NCBI GenBank assembly: GCA_016197155.1
Contig: JACPWF010000019.1
Coordinates: forward strand, 1,485 to 65,484
DNA: 64,000 nt
Reading direction: 5' to 3'
Origin: Candidatus Omnitrophota bacterium
GTDB lineage: Bacteria > Omnitrophota > Gorgyraeia > 2-02-FULL-51-18
Part shown: in pieces, positions 1 to 9,341 of the stretch
Layout of the letters: the number at the start of each line of letters is the position of its first letter
Position numbering within the stretch: the first letter of the stretch is position 1
Notes under the pieces: model-generated
Databases searched by the model: none
Told to the model about the DNA's origin: nothing
What the model saw: only the letters and a program-made list of their open reading frames with translations
Program-made: the position numbers and the translations under genes

Positions 1-525
1 AACGGACGGCTTTTTTTTGGGCTGAGAGACGAGCTCCACCGCTGCCCCCGGCCGCAAACCCAGGCGCTTGGCCAGCTCCGATCCGAGGACGATGCCGCCC
101 TCCTTCGCTAAAACTTCGGAGGGTGAACCTTCTTTCAAATAGTCATAAAATTTGGAGACATTCCGCTCGCGCGCCGGGTCAATGCCCCGCACGAGAACCC
201 CGGTCACCGCTTCATTTTTTTGAACGAGGGCCTGCCCCTCCACGAACGGCGACAGGTGCGCCACCCCGGGAACGGACGCGAGCCTTTGGATCACGGATTC
301 GGCGTCGTCAAACACGCCGTCTTTTTCGATCACGATGTGCGCGCGCGTGCCGATGATGCGGTTCTGCAGGTCCTCGTCAAAGCCGTTCATCACGGCCAGC
401 ACCACCAAGAGCGCGGCCACGCCGACGGCGATGCCCAAAACCGAGATCGTGCTGATGACGCCGACGAAAGGATGGCGCCGCTTCGACCAGATGTAGCGTT
501 TGGCGACGAACCACTCGTAGGGCAT
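1..525 (-). CDS. Lipoprotein-releasing system permease LolC/LolE family (FtsX-like), N-terminal 175 aa. The gene continues past the window start.
   Basis: Minus-strand translation from the ATG at 525..523 gives MPYEWFVAKRYIWSKRRHPFVGVISTISVLGIAVGVAALLVVLAVMNGFDEDLQNRIIGTRAHIVIEKDG..., the typical LolC/E N-terminus (TM1 followed by the periplasmic domain). The start overlaps the lysS stop (TAATG). It is absent from the ORF track, probably because it runs off the edge. Confidence 0.65.
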   Translation of the reverse strand, partial: MPYEWFVAKRYIWSKRRHPFVGVISTISVLGIAVGVAALLVVLAVMNGFDEDLQNRIIGTRAHIVIEKDGVFDDAESVIQRLASVPGVAHLSPFVEGQALVQKNEAVTGVLVRGIDPARERNVSKFYDYLKEGSPSEVLAKEGGIVLGSELAKRLGLRPGAAVELVSQPKKKPSV

Positions 526-1961
526 TATTTTTCGCGCTTCATCTGCGGAAATAAAATCACGTCCCGAATCGACGGCTGTCCCGTCAGGACCATGACGAGC
601 CGGTCGACCCCGATCCCCAGCCCCCCGGCCGGCGGCATGCCGTATTCGAGCGCGGTCAAAAAATCCTCGTCGATTTCCCCCGAGGCCGCCTCTTTGCCCT
701 TCTCGCGCAGGTCCTCGAGAAAGCGCTCGCGCTGTTCGATGGGATTGTTCAGCTCGGAGTAGCCGTTGGCGATCTCCATACCGCCGATGTAAAGCTCAAA
801 CCGCTCGCTTAAAAGAGGGTTCGATTTATTTTTTTTCGCCAGAGGGCAGAGCTCGGTGAAATAATCCGTCACGAAAACCGGATGGCTTTCTTTTTTCGAA
901 CGGCCGGCGCCGGGCTCCAAAAGTTCGCCCACGATGTTGATGAGCTGTGTGCGCGACAGCGCCTTGCCTTCGATCCCGACGCCTTTTTTCTTTAATTTTT
1001 CCGTCCAGACCTCGAGCGGGTCGTCGGGTTTGATGCCGAATGAGTCCTTCATGAGGTCGGCGAACGACACCCGCTCCCACCGGGACAGATCCGCGTCCGT
1101 CTTGGCCTCAGCGGCGGCCGCTTGAATGATCTCCCCGGTCAGGTCCATCACGTCGTTCACGTCGGCGTACGCGGTGTACACCTCGAGCATCGTGAACTCG
1201 GGATTGTGGCGCGTAGAAACGCCCTCGTTGCGGAAACTTTTGTTGATCTCGTAAACTTTGTCGAAACCGCCCACGAGAAGCCTTTTCAAATAAAGCTCGG
1301 GCGCCACGCGCAGGTACAGGTCCGCGTCGAGCGATTCGTGATGCGTCTTAAACGGCTTGCCCGCCGCGCCCCCCGGGATCGGGTGCATCATCGGCGTTTC
1401 GACTTCGAGATAATTTTTGTCGTCGAGGGTTTTCCGGATCGAGCGGATGACGAGCGAGCGCTTTTTAAAAATCGCCTTCACTTCGTCATTGGCGACCAGG
1501 TCCAGATACCGCTGGCGGTAGCGCGTCTCGACATCCTTCAGGCCGTGCCATTTCTCGGGGAGAGGCCGGAGGCTTTTGGCGAGAATCGTCAGTTTTTCGA
1601 CGCGAATGGAGATCTCGCCGGTCTTGGTCTTAAAAAGTTCGCCCTCCGCGCCGAGGATGTCGCCGATGTCGAGCGCCTCGAAAAGTTTCAGCCCCTCGGG
1701 CCCGATCGTTTCGCTTTTCACGAAAAGCTGGATGCGGCCGGTCTCGTCCTTTAGGTCGCAGAACGCGGTCTTTCCCATGAGCCGCACCGCGCTCAGGCGC
1801 CCGGCCGTGCGCGCGCGCTTTCTCTCCTCAAAACCCGCGACGATGGCCCCGATCGCCGCGTCCTTGGGGAATTTCCCCCCGAAAGGGTCCATCCCCAGGG
1901 CCTCGACGGCCTTCAATTTCTTCAGGCGTTCCCGCAGAAGGTCGCTCGTTTCGTCTGTCAT
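525..1961 (-). CDS. lysS: Lysine--tRNA ligase, class II
   Basis: 478-aa ORF with LysRS motifs (anticodon-binding N-domain, class II catalytic core ...FRNEGVSTRHNPEFTMLEVY...GGLGIGVDRLVM...). Confidence 0.95.
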   Translation of the reverse strand: MTDETSDLLRERLKKLKAVEALGMDPFGGKFPKDAAIGAIVAGFEERKRARTAGRLSAVRLMGKTAFCDLKDETGRIQLFVKSETIGPEGLKLFEALDIGDILGAEGELFKTKTGEISIRVEKLTILAKSLRPLPEKWHGLKDVETRYRQRYLDLVANDEVKAIFKKRSLVIRSIRKTLDDKNYLEVETPMMHPIPGGAAGKPFKTHHESLDADLYLRVAPELYLKRLLVGGFDKVYEINKSFRNEGVSTRHNPEFTMLEVYTAYADVNDVMDLTGEIIQAAAAEAKTDADLSRWERVSFADLMKDSFGIKPDDPLEVWTEKLKKKGVGIEGKALSRTQLINIVGELLEPGAGRSKKESHPVFVTDYFTELCPLAKKNKSNPLLSERFELYIGGMEIANGYSELNNPIEQRERFLEDLREKGKEAASGEIDEDFLTALEYGMPPAGGLGIGVDRLVMVLTGQPSIRDVILFPQMKREK

Positions 1962-2050
1962 AACTTGTTGATTCTCTGAATGTTAATAACCGAATGAAAG
2001 GGCATTATATCGGGCGGGAATGGGGATGTCAAACCGGGGGGAAATGCGGC

Positions 2051-2320
2051 CTATTCGAACAAATCTGAATGAGTGCCGGCGCGGACAAAATGGATCTCGG
2101 ACGGCGTGGATTTATAGATGAGTAGCCAGTCGGGCTCTATGTGACATTCGCGATAACGCTCAAACTCGCCGCGGAGCGGATGGTCCTTATATTTTTCGGA
2201 CAGGGCGTGGCCCTCCACCAGCTGGGTCATGATCCGCTTGAGGACACCGATGTCTTTCCCGCGCCTCTGGGCAAGCCTTAGGTCTTTCTTAAATTGACGG
2301 GTGTAATGAGGGACTTTCAA
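2051..2320 (-). CDS. yafQ: Type II toxin, YafQ/RelE family mRNA interferase
   Basis: 89 aa with ...DHPLRGEFERYRECHIEPDWLLIY..., the YafQ signature. Stop is TAG. Confidence 0.8.
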   Translation of the reverse strand: MKVPHYTRQFKKDLRLAQRRGKDIGVLKRIMTQLVEGHALSEKYKDHPLRGEFERYRECHIEPDWLLIYKSTPSEIHFVRAGTHSDLFE

Positions 2321-2323
2321 AAG

Positions 2324-2602
2324 CTATATTCCAAGCTTGTTGAACAGGTCGTTCAGGTCCTTCGCTTTTACGGATTTTCTTTCCTCGACTTCTTTCATCG
2401 CCTTCAGCGTCGTTCTGCCCGGAAGAAGGACGTCGAACGGGATTCCCTTTTTGAGCGTGACTTGCGCGAAGAATAAATTGATGGCCTCGGAACACGAAAG
2501 CCCCAATTTGTGAAAGATCCTCTCGACCTCGGTCTTGAGACCGGGCTCCGTTCGCGCCCGGATCATCGCGGATCTGGCCATGGTTATTCCCTCCTGAGAC
2601 AA
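2324..2602 (-). CDS. dinJ: Type II antitoxin, DinJ/RelB family
   Basis: 92-aa ORF immediately upstream of the yafQ-like gene (3-nt gap), RHH-type DinJ-like sequence. Confidence 0.7.
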   Translation of the reverse strand: MSQEGITMARSAMIRARTEPGLKTEVERIFHKLGLSCSEAINLFFAQVTLKKGIPFDVLLPGRTTLKAMKEVEERKSVKAKDLNDLFNKLGI

Positions 2603-2634
2603 GTGTACCCTATTTGGGATACAATTTCAAGTAT

Positions 2635-4263
2635 CTAATCGGCCTTCACGTACGCGTTTTGCCTGGATCTTTCCCTAAAGGCGAGGAAGGCGAGCAAGGC
2701 CGGCACCAGCAGAAAAACGTCCCCGAAGCGCGTGTAAAAGGTCCTGTCCTTTTTCAGCGCGAGGTCATGGCCCTGATGGCCCGTGACGAAGATCTCGCTC
2801 CCCTTGTCGTTCACGGTGGCGAGGATCCGGCCCTCGGGCGAGATAAAACAGGACAGCCCCGTGTTCGTCGCGCGCACGACGTTCACGCGGTTCTCGACCG
2901 CGCGGAACACCGAGGCTTGGGCGTGCTGGTAGGGAGCCGCCGTTTTTCCGAACCACGCGTCGTTGGTGATGTTCACCAGAAAATCGGCGCCGTCGCGGCA
3001 GAAACCCCGCACGAGCCCCGGAAAAATATCTTCGTAACAGATGAGCGCGCCGAATTTCACCGTGACCTTATTTTTCCGGTAGCGGGAGGAGATTTGAAAA
3101 ATGGTGCGCTCGGCGCCGGGGCTGAAGCGGCCGATCTCGACAAAGTGCCGGATGAAACCGAACAGGGGCTCGAACGGCACGTACTCGCCGAACGGGACCA
3201 GGTGCAGTTTACTGTAGCGCCTGACCTCTTCGCCGACGGGGTTGTACAGAATGGCGCTGTTGAAAAACTTTAGACCCCGGTCGAGGTCGCCCAGGGTCGG
3301 CGCGCCCACGAGGACCCAGGTCTGCGACTGCCGGATGACACTGCGAAGCTCGGCGGCCATCACCGGCTCGTCCTCGAGGTATCCCGGAAACGAGGTCTCG
3401 GGCCAAACGATGAGGTCCGATTTTTCGACCGCGCTCATGAACGTGAGGCGTTTGTATTTTTCAAAAATGATGTCCTTGATCTGGGCGTTCCATTTCTGGT
3501 CCTGCGGAATATTTCCCTGAACGACCGACACGCGCAAAACGGATTTCCGGTCGGGATCCTTCCGGTCAAAAGAATCCCTTAGGGAAAGATTCGCCCAGCC
3601 GTAAGCGCCGAGCGCAAAGATGAGCCCGGCCAAAACCCAAAACAGGCGCGACACGTATCGCCGCGAATAAGCGGCCTCCTCCGGCAGGGCGGCCGCGGCC
3701 CGGGTCTTCGCCAAAAGGGCTTTTAAAATTTTAAACACCAGGACGTTCACGGCCATCACGAAAAAAGAGACGCCGTACGGCCCGACGAGGTCCGCGATCT
3801 GGATGAACGGAATATTTTTCCATTGGGTATACGCCAAAAGCGCCCACGGGATGCCGCCGATGAGCCAGCCTCTCAAATATTCCAAAAGCGCCCACACCGA
3901 CGCGGTGAAAAAAACCGATTTCATATTTTTGGGGAAAAGGGCGCCCGCGAACTCAACGGAGGGATTCAAAAATCCGGCCGCGTAATGGCCGAACACGCCG
4001 AAGTAAAGCGCCAGGTACAGCGTCATGAGCGCGAAACCCAAAACCGAGACGTGGGTGAGCCAGTAGCCCAGGAAAATATAAAAAAGCGAGCCGAATAAAA
4101 AAGAATGGGTGAAGACGCCCAGGGGCGGGCGATTCCCGAGCGAGAAAAAATAAGGCACGAACGCGAAAAACGCGAGCGGCCAGCAGGCGCCGATGTGGTA
4201 GGGCAGGACCAAAAGAGCGGCGGATAAAAAAACTAAAAGAAAACTGCGGGCACGTCTAAACAT
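2635..4263 (-). CDS. lnt: Apolipoprotein N-acyltransferase
   Basis: 542 aa with a multi-TM N-terminus followed by a CN-hydrolase domain (WPETSFPGYL, LICYEDIFPGL). Confidence 0.9.
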   Translation of the reverse strand: MFRRARSFLLVFLSAALLVLPYHIGACWPLAFFAFVPYFFSLGNRPPLGVFTHSFLFGSLFYIFLGYWLTHVSVLGFALMTLYLALYFGVFGHYAAGFLNPSVEFAGALFPKNMKSVFFTASVWALLEYLRGWLIGGIPWALLAYTQWKNIPFIQIADLVGPYGVSFFVMAVNVLVFKILKALLAKTRAAAALPEEAAYSRRYVSRLFWVLAGLIFALGAYGWANLSLRDSFDRKDPDRKSVLRVSVVQGNIPQDQKWNAQIKDIIFEKYKRLTFMSAVEKSDLIVWPETSFPGYLEDEPVMAAELRSVIRQSQTWVLVGAPTLGDLDRGLKFFNSAILYNPVGEEVRRYSKLHLVPFGEYVPFEPLFGFIRHFVEIGRFSPGAERTIFQISSRYRKNKVTVKFGALICYEDIFPGLVRGFCRDGADFLVNITNDAWFGKTAAPYQHAQASVFRAVENRVNVVRATNTGLSCFISPEGRILATVNDKGSEIFVTGHQGHDLALKKDRTFYTRFGDVFLLVPALLAFLAFRERSRQNAYVKAD

Positions 4264-4269
4264 TCCGAG

Positions 4270-6834
4270 TTATTTTCCGTGGCACTTTTTATACTTTTTC
4301 CCGCTGCCGCAGGGACAGGGTTCATTGCGGCCGACTTTATGACCGGCGCCATGGGCAGGCGTGTCATTCCCGCGAATGCGGGAATCGAGGCTGATCCCCG
4401 CCTGCGCGGGGATGACAGGGCTCGACTCCAAGACCGACCCGGCCTCCGGATGAAGAAACTGGAGGGGCGTCTCTTTTCTGGCGACCGGCGCGGGCGGGGC
4501 TTCTGTGGAAGCGGCCGGCTGAACGCGGAAGATAAAGGAAAGCGCGTCTTCTTTGATGACCTGAATCATTTCCTGAAACGCCTCAAAGGCCTCGCGTTTG
4601 TATTCGACGAGCGGGTCCTTCTGGCCGTAGGCGCGGAGCCCGATCCCCTCTCTCAGATTGTCCATACTGCGCAGGTGATCCTTCCATTTCGAATCCACCA
4701 CGTCGAGAAGGATCATCCTTTCCAGCGGCCTCAAAAATTCGGCGCCGATCGCTTTTTCTTTTTCCTCGTAGGCCCGGCGCGCGCGGTCAATCAGCGCGTC
4801 GATGAAAGTCTCCCCCGCCTGTCCCTCAAGCCCCTCAAGTGAAATCGGAAAAATTTTCCTCACGACTTCGGAAAGTTCCTTGAATGATTCGTCGCTGTAG
4901 GAATACCCCTGCGCGAGACTGTCGAGCGATTCCTCGATCATTCCCAAATAATGCTCGCGCAGGTCCTCGCCCTCCAAAACTTTTCGCCGCTCGGCGTAGA
5001 TCACCTCGCGCTGGCGGTTCATCACGTTGTCGTATTCGAGGAGTTGTTTGCGGATTTCAAAATTACGCCCCTCGACCCGCGTCTGCGCGGTCTCGATGGC
5101 CTTACTGACCAGCGGGTGCTCGATCTCCTGGCCTTCCTCCATGCCCATTTTCTGCATCAGCCCCGAGATGCGCTCGGAACCGAAGATCCGCATGAGGTCG
5201 TCCTCCATCGCCAGATAAAACCGCGACGAGCCGGGGTCGCCCTGGCGGCCCGAGCGGCCGCGAAGCTGATTGTCGATGCGCCGCGCCTCGTGCCTCTCGG
5301 TGCCGAGGACGTGCAGACCGCCGAGATCCTTCACGCCCTCTCCGAGCACGATGTCCGTGCCGCGGCCGGCCATGTTCGTCGCGATCGTGACCGCGGCGCG
5401 TTGGCCGGCTTGTTTAATGATCTCGGCCTCCATCTCGTGGTACTTGGCGTTCAACACGTTGTGCAGGACATTCGCCCGCCTGAGAAGCGAGCTCAGGTGT
5501 TCGGATTTTTCAATCGAGACCGTGCCGACGAGCACCGGCTGGCCGCGCTTGTGGCATTCGGCGATCTCGTTCACGACCGCGGCGTACTTTTCTTTTTCGG
5601 TGCGGTAGACGCGGTCGGGATGATTTTTGCGGTTCATCGGACGGTTCGTGGGAACCGACACGACGCCGAGCTTGTAGATTTCGTGAAATTCCTGCGCCTC
5701 GGTCGAGGCGGTGCCGGTCATGCCGGCCAGTTTTTCGTACATTCGGAAATAATTTTGAAACGTGATCGTGGCGAGCGTCTGATTTTCCTCCTCGACCTTG
5801 ACGCTCTCCTTGGCCTCGAGCGCCTGGTGAAGCCCGTCGGAGTAACGCCGTCCCGGCATGAGGCGCCCCGTGAATTCGTCGACGATGAGGACCTCATTGT
5901 CCTTGACGACGTAGTCCACGTCTTTTTTGAAAAGCGTGTGCGCGCGCAGGGCCTGGTTCACGTGATGCACGAGCTCGACGTTCGACGGGTCGTAAAGATT
6001 TTCGACCGCGAGCGAAGCCTCCGCTTTTTTCACGCCCTTGTCCGTCAGCGCGACGGTGCGCGTTTTTTCCTCGATCTGATAATCCTCGTCTTTTTGCAGG
6101 CGCGGAATGATCTTGTCGATCACGTGATATTTGTCGGTGGACTCCTCGCTCGGCCCGGAAATGATGAGCGGGGTGCGCGCCTCGTCGATCAGGATGCTGT
6201 CGACCTCGTCCACGATGGCGTAATGAAGCGGCCGCTGGACGCGGAAGCCGATGTGGCGGACCATGTTGTCGCGCAGGAAATCAAAACCGAATTCGTTGTT
6301 CGTGCCGTAGGTGATGTCGCTGGCGTACGCGAGCTTGCGGTCCTCGGGAGTCGAGCCGTGCTGGATGACCCCGATCGACAGGCCCAGGAATTCGTAGATC
6401 GGCCCCATCCATTCGCGGTCACGCTTGGCCAGGTAATCGTTCACGGTCACGACATGGACGCCCTTGCCGGTGAGCGCGTTGAGATAAACGGGAAGCGTCG
6501 CCACAAGCGTCTTGCCTTCGCCGGTGGCCATCTCGGCAATTTTACCCTCGTGCAAAACGATGCCGCCGACCATCTGAACATCGAAGTGGCGCATGTTGAG
6601 GACGCGCTTGCTCGTCTCGCGCACCACGGCGAAGGCCTCCGGCAAAAGCGCGTCGATTGTTTCGCCGTTTTTCAGGCGCTGGCGGAAATGGGGGGTTTTG
6701 GCTTTGAGTTCGTCATCGCTGAGCTTGGCCATTTCCGGCTCAAAGGCGTTCACCCGCCCGGCCAGCGGCCGCATGCGGCGGAGTGTGCGCTCATTCTGCG
6801 TGCCGATCAGTTTTTTTAGGATCCAGCCGATCAT
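4270..6834 (-). CDS. secA: Preprotein translocase ATPase SecA
   Basis: 854 aa with DEAD-motor motifs and the C-terminal zinc-binding tail [15 protein letters not shown]. Confidence 0.95.
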   Translation of the reverse strand: MIGWILKKLIGTQNERTLRRMRPLAGRVNAFEPEMAKLSDDELKAKTPHFRQRLKNGETIDALLPEAFAVVRETSKRVLNMRHFDVQMVGGIVLHEGKIAEMATGEGKTLVATLPVYLNALTGKGVHVVTVNDYLAKRDREWMGPIYEFLGLSIGVIQHGSTPEDRKLAYASDITYGTNNEFGFDFLRDNMVRHIGFRVQRPLHYAIVDEVDSILIDEARTPLIISGPSEESTDKYHVIDKIIPRLQKDEDYQIEEKTRTVALTDKGVKKAEASLAVENLYDPSNVELVHHVNQALRAHTLFKKDVDYVVKDNEVLIVDEFTGRLMPGRRYSDGLHQALEAKESVKVEEENQTLATITFQNYFRMYEKLAGMTGTASTEAQEFHEIYKLGVVSVPTNRPMNRKNHPDRVYRTEKEKYAAVVNEIAECHKRGQPVLVGTVSIEKSEHLSSLLRRANVLHNVLNAKYHEMEAEIIKQAGQRAAVTIATNMAGRGTDIVLGEGVKDLGGLHVLGTERHEARRIDNQLRGRSGRQGDPGSSRFYLAMEDDLMRIFGSERISGLMQKMGMEEGQEIEHPLVSKAIETAQTRVEGRNFEIRKQLLEYDNVMNRQREVIYAERRKVLEGEDLREHYLGMIEESLDSLAQGYSYSDESFKELSEVVRKIFPISLEGLEGQAGETFIDALIDRARRAYEEKEKAIGAEFLRPLERMILLDVVDSKWKDHLRSMDNLREGIGLRAYGQKDPLVEYKREAFEAFQEMIQVIKEDALSFIFRVQPAASTEAPPAPVARKETPLQFLHPEAGSVLESSPVIPAQAGISLDSRIRGNDTPAHGAGHKVGRNEPCPCGSGKKYKKCHGK

Positions 6835-7932
6835 GACGGCATCGCCCGCTGTTTTAAAACCGCCTCCAAAAATTCATTCAGATCCCCGTTCAAAACGCCG
6901 GTCGTGTCGGAGGTCTCAAAATCCGTCCGGTGGTCCTTCACCAGATTGTAAGGATGCAAAACGTAGGAGCGGATCTGACTGCCCCAGGCGATTTCCTGTT
7001 TCTCCCCGTAACTTTTCTTTTGCTCGGCCAGGCGCTTATTCATTTCCTGTTCATAAAGCCGGCTTTTCAAAACTTTCATCGCGGTGGCCTTGTTCTTCAA
7101 CTGCGAGCGCTCGTTCTGGCACTGGACGACGATGCCCGTCGGCAGATGCGTGATGCGGACGGCCGAGTCGGTGGTGTTCACCCCCTGCCCGCCTTTCCCG
7201 CCCGAACGAAAAACGTCGATGCGGATCTCCTCGGGCTTCACGTCAATCCGGATGTCCTCCTCCACCTCGGGGATCACGTCGACCGACGCGAACGACGTGT
7301 GGCGCCTTTTATTGGAATCAAAGGGCGAGATCCTCACCAGGCGGTGCACGCCCTTTTCGCATTTCAAATAACCGTACGCGAAATTCCCCTCGACGAGTAG
7401 CGTGACGTTTTTGACGCCGGCCTCTTCGCCGGGAAGGATGTCGATGATCTCGGCCTTGTATTTTTGGTCCTCGGCCCAGCGGCTGTACATCCGGAGCAGC
7501 ATCGACACCCAGTCGCAGGATTCGGTGCCGCCGGCGCCGGCGTTGATGCTCAGGATCGCGCTATTCGGATCGTTTGGCCCGCCGAGCAGTTTTTGAAATT
7601 CCAGATCGTCAATTTTTTTGGCAAGCTTCGCCATTTCCTCCGCCAAATGCCGGACCGACGCCGTGTCGCCTTCCTCGACGATCGACAAAAGGTCGCCGAT
7701 CTCGCGGCATCCGTCCTTCAGTTTGAGATAAGGGTCGAGCCGGCCTTTTAAACTTTTCAGTTCATGGATCACGGGATTTTTTTTATCGGAGTGGGTCCAA
7801 AAATCGGGACGGGCTACCTGGTCTTCGAGCGCTCGGATGCGGGTCTCGAGAGTGGGGACGTCAAAGAGTCCTCCCCAAAGCGGCGAGCTTTTCTTCGGAG
7901 GCTTTCAATTGTTCGTACAGTTCGCGTTTCAT
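6831..7932 (-). CDS. prfB: Peptide chain release factor 2, requires programmed +1 frameshift
   Basis: ORF0 (ATG 7932..7930) encodes [23 protein letters not shown], ending at an in-frame TGA at 7863..7861 within CTT TGA C. GGGGAGG lies 3 nt upstream. The +1 frame continues in-frame into track ORF 6831..7772 (GGQ motif, [16 protein letters not shown]). Confidence 0.9.
7857..7877 (-). other. Programmed +1 ribosomal frameshift site of prfB (SD-like GGGGAGG - ACU - CUU UGA C)
   Basis: mRNA sense reads UUGGGGAGGACUCUUUGACG. This is the same architecture as the E. coli prfB site AGGGGGUAUCUUUGAC. Confidence 0.85.
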
Positions 7933-8108
7933 TTTTTTCCTGAAAATATCTCCGCATGATAACACAGATGTCACAAACGCGCTAGTAGGGCGACGGGTCC
8001 TGCCGCTGCGGACAGCCCAAATATTTTATGAGATTCTCATCATAAAATATTTAGGCGCCCGTCCTCCGCGTCACCCCTCGCTAGTATTACCGCATTTGTA
8101 GCGGTTGC

Positions 8109-9341
8109 CTACTTGAAAAGCCCCTCTTTTTTGCGCAAGTGCCGGTGATAGCGGATCGCGAACCGGTGCGCCTCGTCCCGAAGCCGCTGGACGAGCTGTA
8201 GAATCGGCGAACTCTGCGGAAAAATAAACGGCGCCTCGCGGCCGGGCTTGAAGAGGTGCTCATGCTGTTTGGCAATGGAAATAACCGGCAGATTTTTTAA
8301 TCCCAATTCATCCAGCACATTTTTCGCCGCGGACAGATGCCCCTTTCCCCCGTCGATCACGACCAGGTCCGGCAGTGTTTTTTTTTCATTCAAGAGCCGC
8401 GCGTAGCGGCGGCGCACCACCTCCCGCATCATGCGGTAATCGTCGATCCCCGTGACCGTGCGGATCCGAAAGCGCCGGTACCCGGACCGCGCAGGCTCGC
8501 CCGAGACGAACACCACCATCGAGCCCACGGCCTCTTCGCCGAAAATGTTCGAAATGTCAAAACACTCGATCCGCTCAGGGATGACCGAGAGCCCCAGCGC
8601 CTCTTTCAACTGACGCAAAACACCGGGCCAATCGCGCAGAACGGGGTTCGGCACCGATTCGAGCGCGCGGATCTCTTCGTAAAGGGTTTTCGCCTTTTCG
8701 TATTCCCTTTTTTCGGCGTGCTGTTTCATGCGGCGTAATAAACTTTTCACGACCGCGTCGCGGCGGCCCAAGAGAAAATTTTCAAGGTCCTTCACGATCC
8801 GGTCGTACGCGGGTTTGCCGATGTAGCCCACGCACGGCGCGTGGCACTGGCCGATGTGGTACATGAGGCAGACTTTTTTCGGCAATTGTTTACAGGTGCG
8901 CATCGGAAATTCGCGCCGGAGCATCCGCACGGCCTGCCGCAGAAGCCGCACGTTCGTGTAGGGACCGAAAATTTTTCCGCCGTCGGGTTTCCGCGCGCGG
9001 GTGATGAGAAGCCTTGGAAATTCCTCCGCGGTGATTTTCAAAAACGGGTAGCTCTTGTCGTCTTTCAGCTCCTGATTGTACTTGGGCAGGAATTCCTTGA
9101 CGAGGCTCGCCTCCAAAAGAAGCGCCTCGGCCTCGTTCGGCGTCTCGATGAAATCGATCGCCGAAGTTTCGCGGAGGAGTTTCCCCTCTTTGGAAAAAGG
9201 CTCCCCAAAAAACCGGTAATGGCCCCTGACGCGCTTCCGGATCGACAGGGCCTTGCCGATGTAGATCGTTTTTTTGTGGCGGTCTTTGAAAAAATACACG
9301 CCGGGGCCGTTCGGCAGTCCGTCGAAGTTGGGTTTAATCAC
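8109..9341 (-). CDS. uvrC: Excinuclease ABC subunit C, short form (GIY-YIG + Cys-rich + UVR + RNase H-like endonuclease domains, no C-terminal HhH)
   Basis: GIY-YIG N-terminus (GVYFFKDRHKKTIYIGKA), CX..C motif (CKQLPKKVCLMYHIGQCHAPC), C-terminal endonuclease region. Only 410 aa. Confidence 0.8.
   Translation of the reverse strand: MIKPNFDGLPNGPGVYFFKDRHKKTIYIGKALSIRKRVRGHYRFFGEPFSKEGKLLRETSAIDFIETPNEAEALLLEASLVKEFLPKYNQELKDDKSYPFLKITAEEFPRLLITRARKPDGGKIFGPYTNVRLLRQAVRMLRREFPMRTCKQLPKKVCLMYHIGQCHAPCVGYIGKPAYDRIVKDLENFLLGRRDAVVKSLLRRMKQHAEKREYEKAKTLYEEIRALESVPNPVLRDWPGVLRQLKEALGLSVIPERIECFDISNIFGEEAVGSMVVFVSGEPARSGYRRFRIRTVTGIDDYRMMREVVRRRYARLLNEKKTLPDLVVIDGGKGHLSAAKNVLDELGLKNLPVISIAKQHEHLFKPGREAPFIFPQSSPILQLVQRLRDEAHRFAIRYHRHLRKKEGLFK

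Noticed and set aside
4951-6819. 622-aa plus-strand ORF
   Set aside because: It lies antisense to secA. Composition is Arg/Ala/Gly-rich and non-protein-like, typical of open antisense frames in high-GC DNA. The same applies to 38311..40089 (anti-rpoD), 49339..50769 (anti-kinase), 14403..15161 and 60797..61603.
6831-7772. prfB as a 5'-truncated gene or pseudogene
   Set aside because: The canonical programmed +1 frameshift site is present upstream, and the gene is intact.
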